Shown: positions 7,960 to 18,761 of the stretch, in pieces
How positions within the stretch are numbered: position 1 is the first letter of the stretch
Layout: each line of letters starts with the position of its first letter
Assembly: GCA_026134085.1 (NCBI GenBank)
Contig: JAOQIN010000001.1
Location: forward strand, 21,344-85,343
Direction of reading: 5' to 3'
Length of the DNA stretch: 64,000 nt
Source: Candidatus Methanoxibalbensis ujae
Lineage (GTDB): Archaea > Halobacteriota > Syntropharchaeia > Alkanophagales > Methanospirareceae
Program-made: the position numbers and the translations under genes
The notes under the pieces: generated by a model
Told to the model about the DNA's origin: nothing
The model's input: the letters and a program-made list of their open reading frames with translations, nothing else
Database searches by the model: none

Positions 7960-10900
7960 ATGAATGCGCCACCTGAAGCAGAAAAGCGCGATGCAAAATT
8001 GAACAGCGGCGTGAGTGAGTCTTTGCGCAGACTCATAGCAGCAGTCCTCATGGCGGCATGCGGAATCACCTCAATCATCTCAATATTCTGGGCTGAGCCT
8101 TTCAATGCCCAGTTCTTCCTCGGAATTGTGGGTGCATTGTGCATACCAGCGGCATTATTTATACTGTCTGAATCCTATGAGAGAACGCTCATTATCTCAA
8201 TAATTTCCGTTGAATTTTTGATAATAGCATATCCAGTTGTTATATCCTTTGCGCCACATTTTGATTTTGATTTCAACTCCTATGCTGCTGTCGTGGTCAT
8301 ATGTGCTGGCATTCCTGCTGTATATCTCAGCGGTTTTCCGGATGAACGCGGAGCATCACGGCTCACTGTGTTCAATATTCTCTGGGCAATATTCGGAATT
8401 GCGCTGTTTCTCAGAGCTTTCCTGCCTTATCCGTATGTTTTCAGGGAACCTGTGAGATATGGTCCCGATGACCCCGTGTATCACATGCGTCTTGTGGAGA
8501 ACGCGCTCTTGGGCGATCATTTCCCATTCCGCATATTTTATGATGCATACACGTATTTTCCATTTGGCAGCCATCTGCATTTTGCACCTCTTTACGATCA
8601 AATTATGATATTTGCGGCATGGGTTATAGGTATGGGAAATGTAACACATGCTTTAATAGATGCTGTAGGTGCATATTATCCCGCAATTTTGGGAGCATGT
8701 GTTGTTTTTCCTGTTTATTTCATTGGTAAAACGCTTCATAATGAGATTACAGGCATCATCTCATCTGCTCTCGTTGCGGTTATACCGGGGCAGTTCTTCA
8801 ATCGCTCGCTTCTCGGATACACTGATCATCATGTCGCCGAGGTGCTTTTCAGCACGATTGCGATGCTCTTCCTCATTCTCGCAGTGAAGCATGCGAAGGA
8901 TGCGCAAGATCGAGTGAGAGATGTCGGGCGATCGATTCTCCTCGCGGATTTTGATGTTCGGAAGGACTGGGCAGTTGTTTTTTTCGCTTCAGGCGTGATT
9001 CTGCCCATAATAATGCTTCCATGGGCGTGGGGTCTCCTTATCTCATTCGCCTTTTTCTGCATGCTTCCTGTGTTCGCGATATTTGTGAGGGAGGAAGCGA
9101 AACCTCTGTTCTTCGCAATCGCAGCCGGAATATCGCTGGGCGTCTATCTCCTGATGTGGGTTGCTGGACTCATGTTCGCGTTCTTTATATTCATATATGG
9201 CATCCTCCAATACATCATTGATGTGATAAGTGGAAAGGATTTCTCATATTTGTGTGAAGTTCTTGCAGTTGAATATATCATTCCGCCTGTTATGCTCATT
9301 CCCTTTTACAATCTTTCGGCGTTTTATGATATAAAGCATGTGGCGACATTCAGTCTCGGGTTCATTGTTTTCTCATCTCCTGTCATTTTCAGGAGAATTG
9401 TTGAGCGCAGAAGCAGAGTTGCTGCTGTCAGCGCTTCCGTGCGTGGTGGAGGGAAGAGCGGGAGGAGTGGTGGCAGCGGAGGTGGCAGGAAAGCGGGAAC
9501 AGGGGGCGGTGTTGATTTTTTCATGCTTTCTTTTCCGTTTCTGACGCTTTTTCTGATTGCGATTGTCGGGTTTGCGGCGTTTCCATCTGCGACTTCAGCG
9601 GTTTTAGGTGCGTTCCGTGCTCTGGCGCCTTCTGGAGGTGCACAGACAATTGCGGAGGTCAGCCCGCTGTTCACGAGGAACTGGGCCTGGTGGACTGTTG
9701 AGCCGATAACGCTTTTCCTCTCATATCCCACATTTCTGCTGCTTGCATGGACGATCTTTGAGCGCCGTCGCCCCGAGCATCTTCTGATCTTGGTGTGGTG
9801 CATGGCAACGCTCGCAATAATCGGCGGCATAATCCCGACAATTGGACAGAACCGCTTCGGATACTACTTTGCTGTGAGCGCATCGCTTCTCACAGCGTTC
9901 TTCGTGACAAAGACATACGAAGCCATTGATACAGATCTCGGCGTTGAAGCGGTAGCGGAGCGAGGAGAGCGAGGAGAGCGAGGAGAGCGAGGAGAAAAAA
10001 AGACTGCGTTCACTGTGAGACGAGGGGTGAGCGCTGCCAGGAAGAAGGGAAGAAGAGAATACAGAGGAGCAGAGAGAGGCGAGTTTGATGTGATGCCGAT
10101 CGCTTTCGGAATATGCGTGCTGGCGTTGTTGATTGCTGGTGTGAAATATGTGGGATTATCCTCAATACCGGCATGGTTTGCATTTCTCGCAATTTTCGTC
10201 GTTTGGCTGTTCACCCGCCGGGAGAATCGTGGTGAGAAAAGCGAGAAGAACTTGCGCAGAGCGATGATTGCAATACTTCTCATCGCATTCATACTCTTCC
10301 CTTTCCCGCTGAACGCACTCGCAACACAGGGAGATTTTCCCTCAAACGGAAAGCCGGCTCTCATTTATTACTCGCAGTATATGGCATCTGGGCATCAGGG
10401 AGCGCCTGATGACTGGTATGATGCGCTTTTATGGATGAGAAACAACACGCCTGATCCGGGAATTGACTACTACACAACATACAAACTGAATGAGACGACA
10501 GGGCGCTACGATTATCCCGAAAGTGCATATGGTGTGATGAGCTGGTGGGATTACGGGCATATTATCACATTCATCGGACATCGCATCCCCAATGCGAACC
10601 CGTTCCAGGCGGGGATAGGTGGTCCTCCCGTTGTGAAATATTACGATGCAAACGGAGATGGCGGATACACAAGAGGAGAGACAATTGTCGCAGACAAAGA
10701 CGGAAACGGGAAATTTACGGAGGAAGATGCGGTTTTGTTCGGCGTAGTTCCAAGAATCAACGCAAAACTCAGGCGTTTCAGCATAGATGAGATGTATTAT
10801 GATGCCAACGATAACTATAAATATGATAAAGGAGAGGCTATTGTGCGTGACAATGATGGAGACAGCAGGTTCACAGATGGAGATGAGGTTCTGATGGGCG

Positions 10901-11658
10901 AGACTCCGCCTCATAATTCTGTGCTGAGAATTCTGGCGCTGAGACCTGGTGCATGCACATTCCTGCTCGCGCAGAATGAACATATAGCATCCAAAATACT
11001 GAATGAGCTCGGAACACGCTATGTCATCTCGGAGCACAGGATGATGGAATTCACATATGCAGTGTATCCTGTGTGGGCTGGGGAGCCCATTGAGGATTAC
11101 ATTGGCTATGTGCCGGTGGATGGAAAGATTGAGAGGGTATTTAAGCCCAAGTTCTGGCGGTCAATGGAAATAAGATTGCACATTTTTGACGGCTGCGGCG
11201 CGTCATTATCATACGGCAATGAAACATTATATGTGGAGCCGCTGAGACATTACAGGCTTGTGCATGAATCTCCCTCAACAACTGCGACTTTTGGAGATAA
11301 AGAGCTCAAGTTTGTGAAAGTTTTTGAGTATGTGAAAGGGGCACGCATAGTCGGAAACTCACCGAACGGCTCTGTTGTGGAAATATCAACAAATGTGACG
11401 ACGGGAAGCAGAAATTTCACATACGTTCAGCGCACATTCTCAAATGGCTCCTTCTCTTTTGTTGTTCCTTATTCAACGGAATGCCCGAGCCCTATATCCG
11501 TTGAGGAGGGAGGAACAAACTACAGCGTCTGTGCTTCTGTTTACAAACTGAGGATAGGCAATGTGAATGTGACTTCGGGCGAGATCTCATGGACGAGCGA
11601 GAAAGAAGTTGAAGTTCCCGAGCGCGCAGTGCTAAACGGTGGCATTGTTGAGGTGTGA
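7960..11658 (+). CDS. aglB: Archaeal oligosaccharyltransferase AglB (STT3 homolog), unusually long with inserts
   Basis: It has 13+ TM helices and the WWDYGH motif (SWWDYGHIITFIG). Inserts include a Gly-rich stretch (GGGKSGRSGGSGGGRKAGTGGG), an RGERGERGERGE stretch, and two Asp-rich Ca-binding-like repeats (DANGDGGYTRGE...DKDGNGKFTEED; DANDNYKYDKGE...DNDGDSRFTDGD). Confidence 0.8.
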   Translation: MNAPPEAEKRDAKLNSGVSESLRRLIAAVLMAACGITSIISIFWAEPFNAQFFLGIVGALCIPAALFILSESYERTLIISIISVEFLIIAYPVVISFAPHFDFDFNSYAAVVVICAGIPAVYLSGFPDERGASRLTVFNILWAIFGIALFLRAFLPYPYVFREPVRYGPDDPVYHMRLVENALLGDHFPFRIFYDAYTYFPFGSHLHFAPLYDQIMIFAAWVIGMGNVTHALIDAVGAYYPAILGACVVFPVYFIGKTLHNEITGIISSALVAVIPGQFFNRSLLGYTDHHVAEVLFSTIAMLFLILAVKHAKDAQDRVRDVGRSILLADFDVRKDWAVVFFASGVILPIIMLPWAWGLLISFAFFCMLPVFAIFVREEAKPLFFAIAAGISLGVYLLMWVAGLMFAFFIFIYGILQYIIDVISGKDFSYLCEVLAVEYIIPPVMLIPFYNLSAFYDIKHVATFSLGFIVFSSPVIFRRIVERRSRVAAVSASVRGGGKSGRSGGSGGGRKAGTGGGVDFFMLSFPFLTLFLIAIVGFAAFPSATSAVLGAFRALAPSGGAQTIAEVSPLFTRNWAWWTVEPITLFLSYPTFLLLAWTIFERRRPEHLLILVWCMATLAIIGGIIPTIGQNRFGYYFAVSASLLTAFFVTKTYEAIDTDLGVEAVAERGERGERGERGEKKTAFTVRRGVSAARKKGRREYRGAERGEFDVMPIAFGICVLALLIAGVKYVGLSSIPAWFAFLAIFVVWLFTRRENRGEKSEKNLRRAMIAILLIAFILFPFPLNALATQGDFPSNGKPALIYYSQYMASGHQGAPDDWYDALLWMRNNTPDPGIDYYTTYKLNETTGRYDYPESAYGVMSWWDYGHIITFIGHRIPNANPFQAGIGGPPVVKYYDANGDGGYTRGETIVADKDGNGKFTEEDAVLFGVVPRINAKLRRFSIDEMYYDANDNYKYDKGEAIVRDNDGDSRFTDGDEVLMGETPPHNSVLRILALRPGACTFLLAQNEHIASKILNELGTRYVISEHRMMEFTYAVYPVWAGEPIEDYIGYVPVDGKIERVFKPKFWRSMEIRLHIFDGCGASLSYGNETLYVEPLRHYRLVHESPSTTATFGDKELKFVKVFEYVKGARIVGNSPNGSVVEISTNVTTGSRNFTYVQRTFSNGSFSFVVPYSTECPSPISVEEGGTNYSVCASVYKLRIGNVNVTSGEISWTSEKEVEVPERAVLNGGIVEV

Positions 11659-11682
11659 TTGTGCACAGCTCGGTGACAGAAC

Positions 11683-13242
11683 ATGAAGAAGCAGAACATG
11701 AAGAAGCGCATTTGCATAAAAAATGGAATTGTGTATGATCCCCTGAACGGAATAAACGGCGAGAAGATGGACATATTCATTGATGGATGCCACATTGATA
11801 ATGAACTGAATGAACTGAGTGATGCTGAAGTTCTTGATGTGAATGGGTGCGCTGTGATGCCCGCTGGAGTTGATGTGCACAGTCATGTTGCTACATACGG
11901 GTTGAATTTCGCAAGATATATCTTCAATTTTCCGACTGTATCGGCCGCTGGACTGACATATGCGATGATGGGCTATTCTCATGTGAACGAGCCACTCATG
12001 ACCATTGACACAGCATCGTATGTGCATCACGAGCTCTCTTCAATACCATTCGTGGATGTTTCCGCGCTCCTGGCTGTGAGCCTTCGTGAGGTTGCAGATG
12101 AGATAAGGGAGGGGGATCACGAGACAGTGAGAGGCGTGTTCCGGCGTCTTGCTGAGATTACGAAAGCAATAGGCATCAAAATTTATGATAAGAGGGTCTC
12201 ATACGAGAGAAAAGGATATTTCTACAGGGAAATTGATATGGAAACATGCATTCAATTCCTCAAATCGGTTTCTCAGAATGATGTTCCCTGTGATTATGAG
12301 ATTGACGATAATGAGATGCGGATTGTGATGAAAAACATTCCCATTTACATGAGAACGAGTGAAGATATCCTGAGAGATGTGCCACTGGATGTTTTAAAGG
12401 CTTTCAGGCTCTCTCATATTTCATCCGGCATTACAGATGATGAGACATATGAGCGTGCGTTTAAATTTCTGAGAGATGGGGGCTCTGCTGACATAGGCAT
12501 TTCAATACCTCATGACGGACCGAGGATAACAGATGCAGCCGGTAGCGGTGTTTTCATAGACATCGGATTTGACAAACCGCTGATTTTCAGCGCAGCAGAA
12601 ACGGAAAAAAAATCAGAAATGAAAAAGGAGATGGAAGTTTCAGTGAGACTCGCAATGGAAGCACATGCGTTCAATAACATCGTTTTCTCAACTGACAGCC
12701 CCAACGGATGCATTTTCGCAGACTATCCGAAGGTGTTCGCAGCACTGATGGACAGGAACATGCGCAAAGATGTTTTCGGTGATGCCATTATCTCTGATTA
12801 TGAGTATTCGCTGTTTGATATTGCGCGCGTCAGAAGTGCGAATGCCGCAAGATTCCTCTGTCTTGACATGAAGGGTCATATGGGTGCGGGCGCAATCGCA
12901 GACATCGCAATATATGAAATAAACGAAAACACAAAAGGGCACGAGATTGAGCGAAAATTGCGAAAATGCAAATTCCTTCTCAAAAATGGGGATTTCGTCA
13001 TTTACAACGCTGAGCTCGCAGCACACCCCAACTGCCGCACAATTTATGCTGATTTTTTGAAGAAGGATAATAAAAAGAACGGACAGAATAATAAAAAAAG
13101 TAAAAAAAATGATAATAAAATAAAAAATAATAAAGATAACAAGGTGGAGGATAAAGTGGAGAGAGTTCTCAGGAGAATATGCGACAGCCGTTCATTCAGA
13201 AGGGAGCATATCCGTGTTGACAAAATATTCACAAGCAGATAG
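11683..13242 (+). CDS. fwdA: Formylmethanofuran dehydrogenase subunit A-like amidohydrolase with K/N-rich C-terminal tail
   Basis: The N-terminus IKNGIVYDPLNGINGEKMDIFIDG...VMPAGVDVHSHVA matches the FwdA/amidohydrolase metal-binding start. The C-terminal roughly 60 aa are K/N-rich, encoded by an A-rich tract at 13060-13160. Confidence 0.5.
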   Translation: MKKQNMKKRICIKNGIVYDPLNGINGEKMDIFIDGCHIDNELNELSDAEVLDVNGCAVMPAGVDVHSHVATYGLNFARYIFNFPTVSAAGLTYAMMGYSHVNEPLMTIDTASYVHHELSSIPFVDVSALLAVSLREVADEIREGDHETVRGVFRRLAEITKAIGIKIYDKRVSYERKGYFYREIDMETCIQFLKSVSQNDVPCDYEIDDNEMRIVMKNIPIYMRTSEDILRDVPLDVLKAFRLSHISSGITDDETYERAFKFLRDGGSADIGISIPHDGPRITDAAGSGVFIDIGFDKPLIFSAAETEKKSEMKKEMEVSVRLAMEAHAFNNIVFSTDSPNGCIFADYPKVFAALMDRNMRKDVFGDAIISDYEYSLFDIARVRSANAARFLCLDMKGHMGAGAIADIAIYEINENTKGHEIERKLRKCKFLLKNGDFVIYNAELAAHPNCRTIYADFLKKDNKKNGQNNKKSKKNDNKIKNNKDNKVEDKVERVLRRICDSRSFRREHIRVDKIFTSR

Positions 13243-13321
13243 CAGCATTTTCCATTCCATTCCATCTTATCCCATCCCATCACTCATTCGCACTCATTCG
13301 CTGATCAATTCGCTGAGCACA

Positions 13322-14449
13322 TCATATTGAACATTTGAAAACCTCCGCCGGCAGATTTCCATACATCACAGACCTTTCCTCCGTTATTTCTATTTCATTC
13401 GCCTCACATGCTGATTTAAACTCCTTTATTGCAGCTGTGACAGCGGTGAGAGTTGATCCACACGATATTTCTCTGAGAGATCTCAGGAAATCCCTGTATA
13501 GCGCGCCTATGATGCGTTTTCTTGAGGATCTTATACCATATGGAGGGTTCACCACGATGAATTCTGGCGAAAATTTTATATATTTACTGAGTTTTCTCGC
13601 ATCACCGCGAATGAACTCTATGAAACTGAGCACTCCCGCATTTTTCGCATTACGAATTGCACCCTCCAGGTGCTTTGAAGATATATCCATACCAGCTATT
13701 TTCACGTTCGGTTTTTCTATTTCTTTCTCCTTCATTCTCCTCACGATCTCAACATATAATTCTTCATTGTGAATTTTCAGTTTTCTGAAAGCGAAATCCC
13801 TGGTATTTGTTTTCTTTTTTGCCATGAGAACTGCTTCTATCGGGATTGTTCCTCCGCCGCACATGGGATCAAGGAATGAAAATGATGGTTTCCATCCGCT
13901 GAATTTTATGAGAGAAGATGCGAGTGTTGTTTTTATTGATGCATAATGCTGATATTCTCTGTATCCCCTCTTATGAAGAGAATCTCCTGTTGTGTTAACG
14001 GTCAAAATAAACTCTTTTTCCCTCAGCAACGCATGGAATTCAACATCGGGCATGTCAAGATTCACCTTAAGCCGCTCTCCTTCGGATTCGGCGAAGCTCT
14101 CCGTTATCGCTCTTCCCACTGTTGATGCTATTTCTGGGCTTTTGAAAGGGTGCTCTCCAATTCTCTTCGCCCTCACACCGAAACTCTGGTTTTTTGATAT
14201 TATCCATGAGTAATCAACTTCTCTGCACTCTCTGTATATGTCATCAAGACATTCAACATTGGCTCTGTGAATTATGATGAAGACTCTGTTTATGCATCTT
14301 GCGGCGAGATTTGTTTTGTAAAGTGTTTCCAGAGAGCCCCTGAACTCAACTCTTCCGCCGGCTTTTCTTATGATTTCAGCACCGAGTTCCCTCAGCTCCG
14401 CTCCCGCAACATCTTCAAGACCCTTAACAGCTGTTGCCATGAACTGCAT
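13322..14449 (-). CDS. THUMP-domain RNA methyltransferase (Trm14/RlmL-like, NPPYG motif)
   Basis: It has the DPMCGGGTIPIEA SAM-binding motif, the NPPYG catalytic motif and an N-terminal THUMP-like region. The start is likely M26 at about 14449; the ORF track extends to 14524. Confidence 0.6.
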   Translation of the reverse strand: MQFMATAVKGLEDVAGAELRELGAEIIRKAGGRVEFRGSLETLYKTNLAARCINRVFIIIHRANVECLDDIYRECREVDYSWIISKNQSFGVRAKRIGEHPFKSPEIASTVGRAITESFAESEGERLKVNLDMPDVEFHALLREKEFILTVNTTGDSLHKRGYREYQHYASIKTTLASSLIKFSGWKPSFSFLDPMCGGGTIPIEAVLMAKKKTNTRDFAFRKLKIHNEELYVEIVRRMKEKEIEKPNVKIAGMDISSKHLEGAIRNAKNAGVLSFIEFIRGDARKLSKYIKFSPEFIVVNPPYGIRSSRKRIIGALYRDFLRSLREISCGSTLTAVTAAIKEFKSACEANEIEITEERSVMYGNLPAEVFKCSI

Positions 14450-16394
14450 TTTGTTTTTTATCGCAGCTCTCCCCGCAGCTCTCCGCACTCTCCGCACTGT
14501 GCGAGGAGCCAATGCATCTTTCAATCACCTCCGCGACATCGTTAAGACCGAACTTCTCAAGCGTTTCTTTGCGAGGTATTCCTTTCTCATCCCATCCACG
14601 CTTCTCATAATAAGTGAGAAGCATTTTCTCATAACGCTCCTTTGAGATTCGTTTTCCTGCGTTCGGGCCGTTTTGCAGTGGCTCCTCAAACACTTTTTTG
14701 GGAGGATAGTCATCATTTTTTCGTATGCCGAGAAGAACTGCAACTGCTCTTGTGAGGTTATAAACCGCATTTGAGCGGAACAGGAGTTCTTCAATTGATG
14801 TTTCAACACCTGTTGTCGCTGAGAATGCATCTGCATAATATTTTTCAGGCAGACCGAGCTCAATCCAGGGCAGCCTGCAGACACCGAGCATGTCAAAAAG
14901 GGGGCGGACAGCCTGATGATAGAGGACTATGTCAACTTTCTCGTGTATTCCCCATTTCTGACCGACTTCAAGCTCCTTGGCGATAGGCCATGCGCGGTTG
15001 TGATGTGCTCCTATGTCGCATGTGCCGTATGCGAGCGCCATACATTCGGATGCATGCGCATCATATGCGCTCTGCTCGAGATATTTGACATGCGATATGA
15101 CGCTTTCCATATGCTTCCATTTTCGTATGATGCCGAATGAGCCCTCAGCCAGCACATCTCCTATGCCTCTGCGGCGGGCTATCATCTCAATCAATGAGAG
15201 CACTTTGTCCTTTTCACCCCATTTTATGCTGAATCCCACATCCTCCTCCGTGATTATTGATTTTTCCTGCGCTTCAATCAGTGCGGCTATTATATTTCCC
15301 GTTGATATAGTGTCCATTCCAAGCTCATCGCATAGATAATTCGCTCTCACGACGAATGAGAAATCATCAACCCCCATGTTTGAGCTGAACATGCATGTGG
15401 TCTCATATTCGGGGCCCTCAACGACAGTTCCTCTGAACCTTCCTTCCTTCACAAGACATATGTTTCCGCAGGCCATCGGGCATGCGAAGCATGAGGTGTT
15501 TCCTATTTTGAACCTTCGCACCATCTCCTCGCCGTTAATGCGCTCTGCATTTCTGAAAACGCCGGCTCTGAAGTTGAAAGATGGGAGGACTCCGACTGTG
15601 TTCAGGTAGTCAACAACGCTCATAAGCCCCTGTTCCTGCCACAGATCAAACAGGAAATGGTTTTGCAGATATTCAAATGCTCTTTCAGCGACTCTCAGAA
15701 GGCGATCTATGTCATGGACTGCGAGATCCTTTGAGCCACGAACTGCTATTGCCTTGAGATTTTTCGCGCCGAACACCGCGCCCATTCCTGTTCTGCCCGC
15801 GTTGCGACCCCATTCAGAGTTCACGCATGCGAAACGCACTTTGTTTTCGCCGGCAGGACCTATGCATGCAACACGCACCTCCTCATCGCCAATGTCTTTT
15901 TTTACGGCTCTCTCCGTCTCAACGCATCCTTTTCCCCTGAGTGATGATGCATCTATGAACCTGACCTCATCATCGTTCACAAATATGTATTTCAGCCTTC
16001 TCGCAGCGCCTCTTATGAGCAGTGCATCATATCCAGCCTGCTTGAGCTCAACGCCGAACATGCCTCCGAAGTTTGAATCGGCATATATGCCGGTTGCAGG
16101 CGATATTGAAGACATCGATGTCTTCCCCGCAGCCGGGAAATAAAGACCTGTTAGCGGTCCGGGGGCGATGAGGATTATGTTATCAGGCTTCAGAGCCTCC
16201 TCCCTGAACACCTCTCTTCGTGCAGGAACACTGTTTATCTTCTCCCTGAAAAAATCCCACACGAATTTCGCACCCAATCCCCTGCCTCCTATGAACTTCA
16301 GCAGGAGATCATCGCTCAACTCCCTGACTCTCACAGATTCATCGCTGAGATCAACATCCAGCAGCCGTTTTGTGTAACCTCCTTTCAGTCCCAT
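14424..16394 (-). CDS. aor: Tungsten-containing aldehyde:ferredoxin oxidoreductase (AOR family)
   Basis: It is 656 aa. The N-terminus [39 protein letters not shown] is typical of AOR, and the length matches. Confidence 0.8.
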   Translation of the reverse strand: MGLKGGYTKRLLDVDLSDESVRVRELSDDLLLKFIGGRGLGAKFVWDFFREKINSVPARREVFREEALKPDNIILIAPGPLTGLYFPAAGKTSMSSISPATGIYADSNFGGMFGVELKQAGYDALLIRGAARRLKYIFVNDDEVRFIDASSLRGKGCVETERAVKKDIGDEEVRVACIGPAGENKVRFACVNSEWGRNAGRTGMGAVFGAKNLKAIAVRGSKDLAVHDIDRLLRVAERAFEYLQNHFLFDLWQEQGLMSVVDYLNTVGVLPSFNFRAGVFRNAERINGEEMVRRFKIGNTSCFACPMACGNICLVKEGRFRGTVVEGPEYETTCMFSSNMGVDDFSFVVRANYLCDELGMDTISTGNIIAALIEAQEKSIITEEDVGFSIKWGEKDKVLSLIEMIARRRGIGDVLAEGSFGIIRKWKHMESVISHVKYLEQSAYDAHASECMALAYGTCDIGAHHNRAWPIAKELEVGQKWGIHEKVDIVLYHQAVRPLFDMLGVCRLPWIELGLPEKYYADAFSATTGVETSIEELLFRSNAVYNLTRAVAVLLGIRKNDDYPPKKVFEEPLQNGPNAGKRISKERYEKMLLTYYEKRGWDEKGIPRKETLEKFGLNDVAEVIERCIGSSHSAESAESCGESCDKKQNAVHGNSC

Positions 16395-18100
16395 ATCCCG
16401 CGCCCCTCACTCAACTGCTCACTCAACTGCCCTCACGCATCCCACACATCCAAAACCTCATAAATGATGTATCTGATAATAATAATGTGAGCGATAATAA
16501 TGCGAGCTGCGCTGACGCTGAGAATGAGGAACAATATGAGAGGGCATGTGCGGAGATAGCTGAGGCGCTCACTGCAGCGAGAAGCTTTGACATGAAGCAC
16601 CTGAACAGATTGAAGAAGGATGTGAGCAGAAAATACGGATTGAGAAGGATTCCTAAAAATTCGGATGTGCTGAAAACTGTAATGAAAACAATCGTGCCTG
16701 TCGTGCCGGAAACTCTCAAAGACATTGATTTGAGGGAGCATTTGAGGAGGAAACCAATGCGAACTGCATCAGGAGTGGCTCCCGTAGCCGTTATGAGTTC
16801 TCCGCATCCATGCCCTCACGGTCGTTGTGTCATGTGTCCGGGAGGTCCTCACTCCTCTTTCAAGTCGCCGCAGAGCTATGTTGGCATGGAGCCCGCTGCA
16901 TTGAGAGCATCGCAGAACGGGTTTGACCCATACAGACAGGTGATCGCAAGACTTCAGCAGCTTGAGGAGATAGGGCATGATTACGACAAGGTGGAGCTCA
17001 TAATGATGGGCGGAACGCTCACAGCCCGCAGCGAAGCATATCAGCGATGGTTCGTGAATCGCTGTATTGATGCGTTGAATGACTTCGGCGCAGCCCGCGG
17101 TCGTGCTGTCAGAAACACTGGAATAACATTTGAGACACGCCCTGACAAAGCGGGAAAGCGGGAAATTGACATCATGCTTGATCTCGGCGTTACAAAGGTT
17201 GAGATAGGAGTTCAGCATGTTCGCGATGAAATCCTGCACAGGATAAACAGAGGTCATACGGTCGCAGACTCCGTTGAGGCAAACAGAATGCTGCGTGATT
17301 CAGCGCTTAAAGTGGGATTCCATGTGATGCTCGGACTTCCAGGAAGCACCTTTGAAGACGACATGGAGATGTTTGAACGCATCTTCCACGATGATGAATT
17401 CAAGCCCGACTTCCTCAAAATATATCCGACGCTCGTAATCCGCGGAACTGAGCTCTATGATATGTGGAGGCGTGGCGAGTATGAACCGCTCAGCACGGAA
17501 GATGCTGTTGAGGTGATCGCATATGCTAAAAAAATGGTGCCTCGCTGGGTTCGTATACAGAGAATTCAGCGAGATATTCCCTCAAAATTCATAGAAGCAG
17601 GCGTGAAGAAGAGCAACTTGCGCCAGCTTGTGCATGAGAGGCTTGCGGAGGAGGGTCTCAGATGCGTCTGTGTCAGATGTCGTGAGGCGGGTCTGAGAGC
17701 ATTGCATGGAGATTTTCCGGAGAGGGTCGAGCTGTGCTGTGAGACATATGAGGCCTGTGGTGGCACCGAGTTCTTCATCTCCTATGAGGACATCTCAAAT
17801 GACATTCTAATCGCACTTCTTCGCCTGCGATTCCCCTGCAAACCTCACAGAGCTGAGCTTAAACGCGCTGCTCTCGTCCGTGAGCTTCATGTTTACAGCG
17901 AGCTCGCCCCACTGGGCACCAGAAAGGAGAGAAGCTGGCAGCATCGCGGCTACGGCGCAAAACTGCTCGCAAAAGCGGAGGAGATAGCAGAATCTGAGGG
18001 ATTCAGAAAGATCGCGGTGATGAGCGGAATAGGCGTCAGAGAATACTACAAAAGGTTGGGATACCACAGAGAAGGTCCTTTTATGGTGAAAAACCTGTGA
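16370..18100 (+). CDS. elp3: Elp3 tRNA uridine(34) carboxymethyl/acetyltransferase (radical SAM + GNAT)
   Basis: It has the radical SAM cluster [12 protein letters not shown], the Elp3 central domain and a C-terminal GNAT. The start is uncertain. The ORF track starts at 16370, an in-frame GTG lies near 16487, and the gene is divergent from aor. Confidence 0.75.
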   Translation: MCNLLSVPYPAPLTQLLTQLPSRIPHIQNLINDVSDNNNVSDNNASCADAENEEQYERACAEIAEALTAARSFDMKHLNRLKKDVSRKYGLRRIPKNSDVLKTVMKTIVPVVPETLKDIDLREHLRRKPMRTASGVAPVAVMSSPHPCPHGRCVMCPGGPHSSFKSPQSYVGMEPAALRASQNGFDPYRQVIARLQQLEEIGHDYDKVELIMMGGTLTARSEAYQRWFVNRCIDALNDFGAARGRAVRNTGITFETRPDKAGKREIDIMLDLGVTKVEIGVQHVRDEILHRINRGHTVADSVEANRMLRDSALKVGFHVMLGLPGSTFEDDMEMFERIFHDDEFKPDFLKIYPTLVIRGTELYDMWRRGEYEPLSTEDAVEVIAYAKKMVPRWVRIQRIQRDIPSKFIEAGVKKSNLRQLVHERLAEEGLRCVCVRCREAGLRALHGDFPERVELCCETYEACGGTEFFISYEDISNDILIALLRLRFPCKPHRAELKRAALVRELHVYSELAPLGTRKERSWQHRGYGAKLLAKAEEIAESEGFRKIAVMSGIGVREYYKRLGYHREGPFMVKNL

Positions 18101-18759
18101 TCCACATACATGAGACAGCACGGATATATGGTGAGACGCACATAGGTGAAAACTCAATCATAATGGAGCATGTTATCGTGGGATTTCCATCCGCTGATAT
18201 ATTGAAAGATATATCAGAAAATATCAAAGAAAAATGGGAAGAAAAGAACTATAAAGGAGCCAAAATTGGAAAAAATGCATTGATAAGAGCAAATACTGTT
18301 ATTTATTGTGATGTTGTCATAGGTGATAATTTCAAAACCGGTCATAATGTGATGATAAGGGAGCGAACAAAAATAGGTGATGATGTCCTTGTCGGAACAA
18401 ATACTGTCATAGAGGGTTACTCAACAATCGGAAATCATGTCAGAATACAGTCAAATGTTTTTATACCTGTCAATACAACAATTGAAGACTTTGTGTTTAT
18501 AGGTCCCAATGCTGTGCTCACGAACGATAAATATCCGCTTAGAGTGCGTGGTGAGCTGCGAGGGCCCGTCATAAGGAAAAGTGCGACAATCGGTGCGAAT
18601 GCAGTTATATTGCCCGATGTGGAGGTAGGAGAGGGTGCATTCGTCGCGGCGGGCGCAGTGGTCACGAGGGATGTGCCCCCATGGAAAATGGCTGTGGGAA
18701 CTCCCGCGAGAATAGTGGAGATGCCAGAAATGCTGAATGTGCTGAATGATGTGCGATGA
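18097..18759 (+). CDS. Left-handed beta-helix (hexapeptide-repeat) acyl/acetyltransferase
   Basis: It has repeated hexapeptide [LIV]-G-x-x-x-x units throughout. It overlaps the elp3 stop by 4 nt (ATGA), which indicates translational coupling. Confidence 0.6.
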   Translation: MIHIHETARIYGETHIGENSIIMEHVIVGFPSADILKDISENIKEKWEEKNYKGAKIGKNALIRANTVIYCDVVIGDNFKTGHNVMIRERTKIGDDVLVGTNTVIEGYSTIGNHVRIQSNVFIPVNTTIEDFVFIGPNAVLTNDKYPLRVRGELRGPVIRKSATIGANAVILPDVEVGEGAFVAAGAVVTRDVPPWKMAVGTPARIVEMPEMLNVLNDVR

Positions 18760-18761
18760 TC

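Noticed and set aside
8356-11037. Multiple antisense and alternative-frame ORFs inside aglB, cobN, aor and glmS (for example 9864..10364, 10429..11037, 47732..48166)
   Set aside because: They are embedded in, and out of frame with, long motif-supported genes. They have low-complexity or composition-driven translations.
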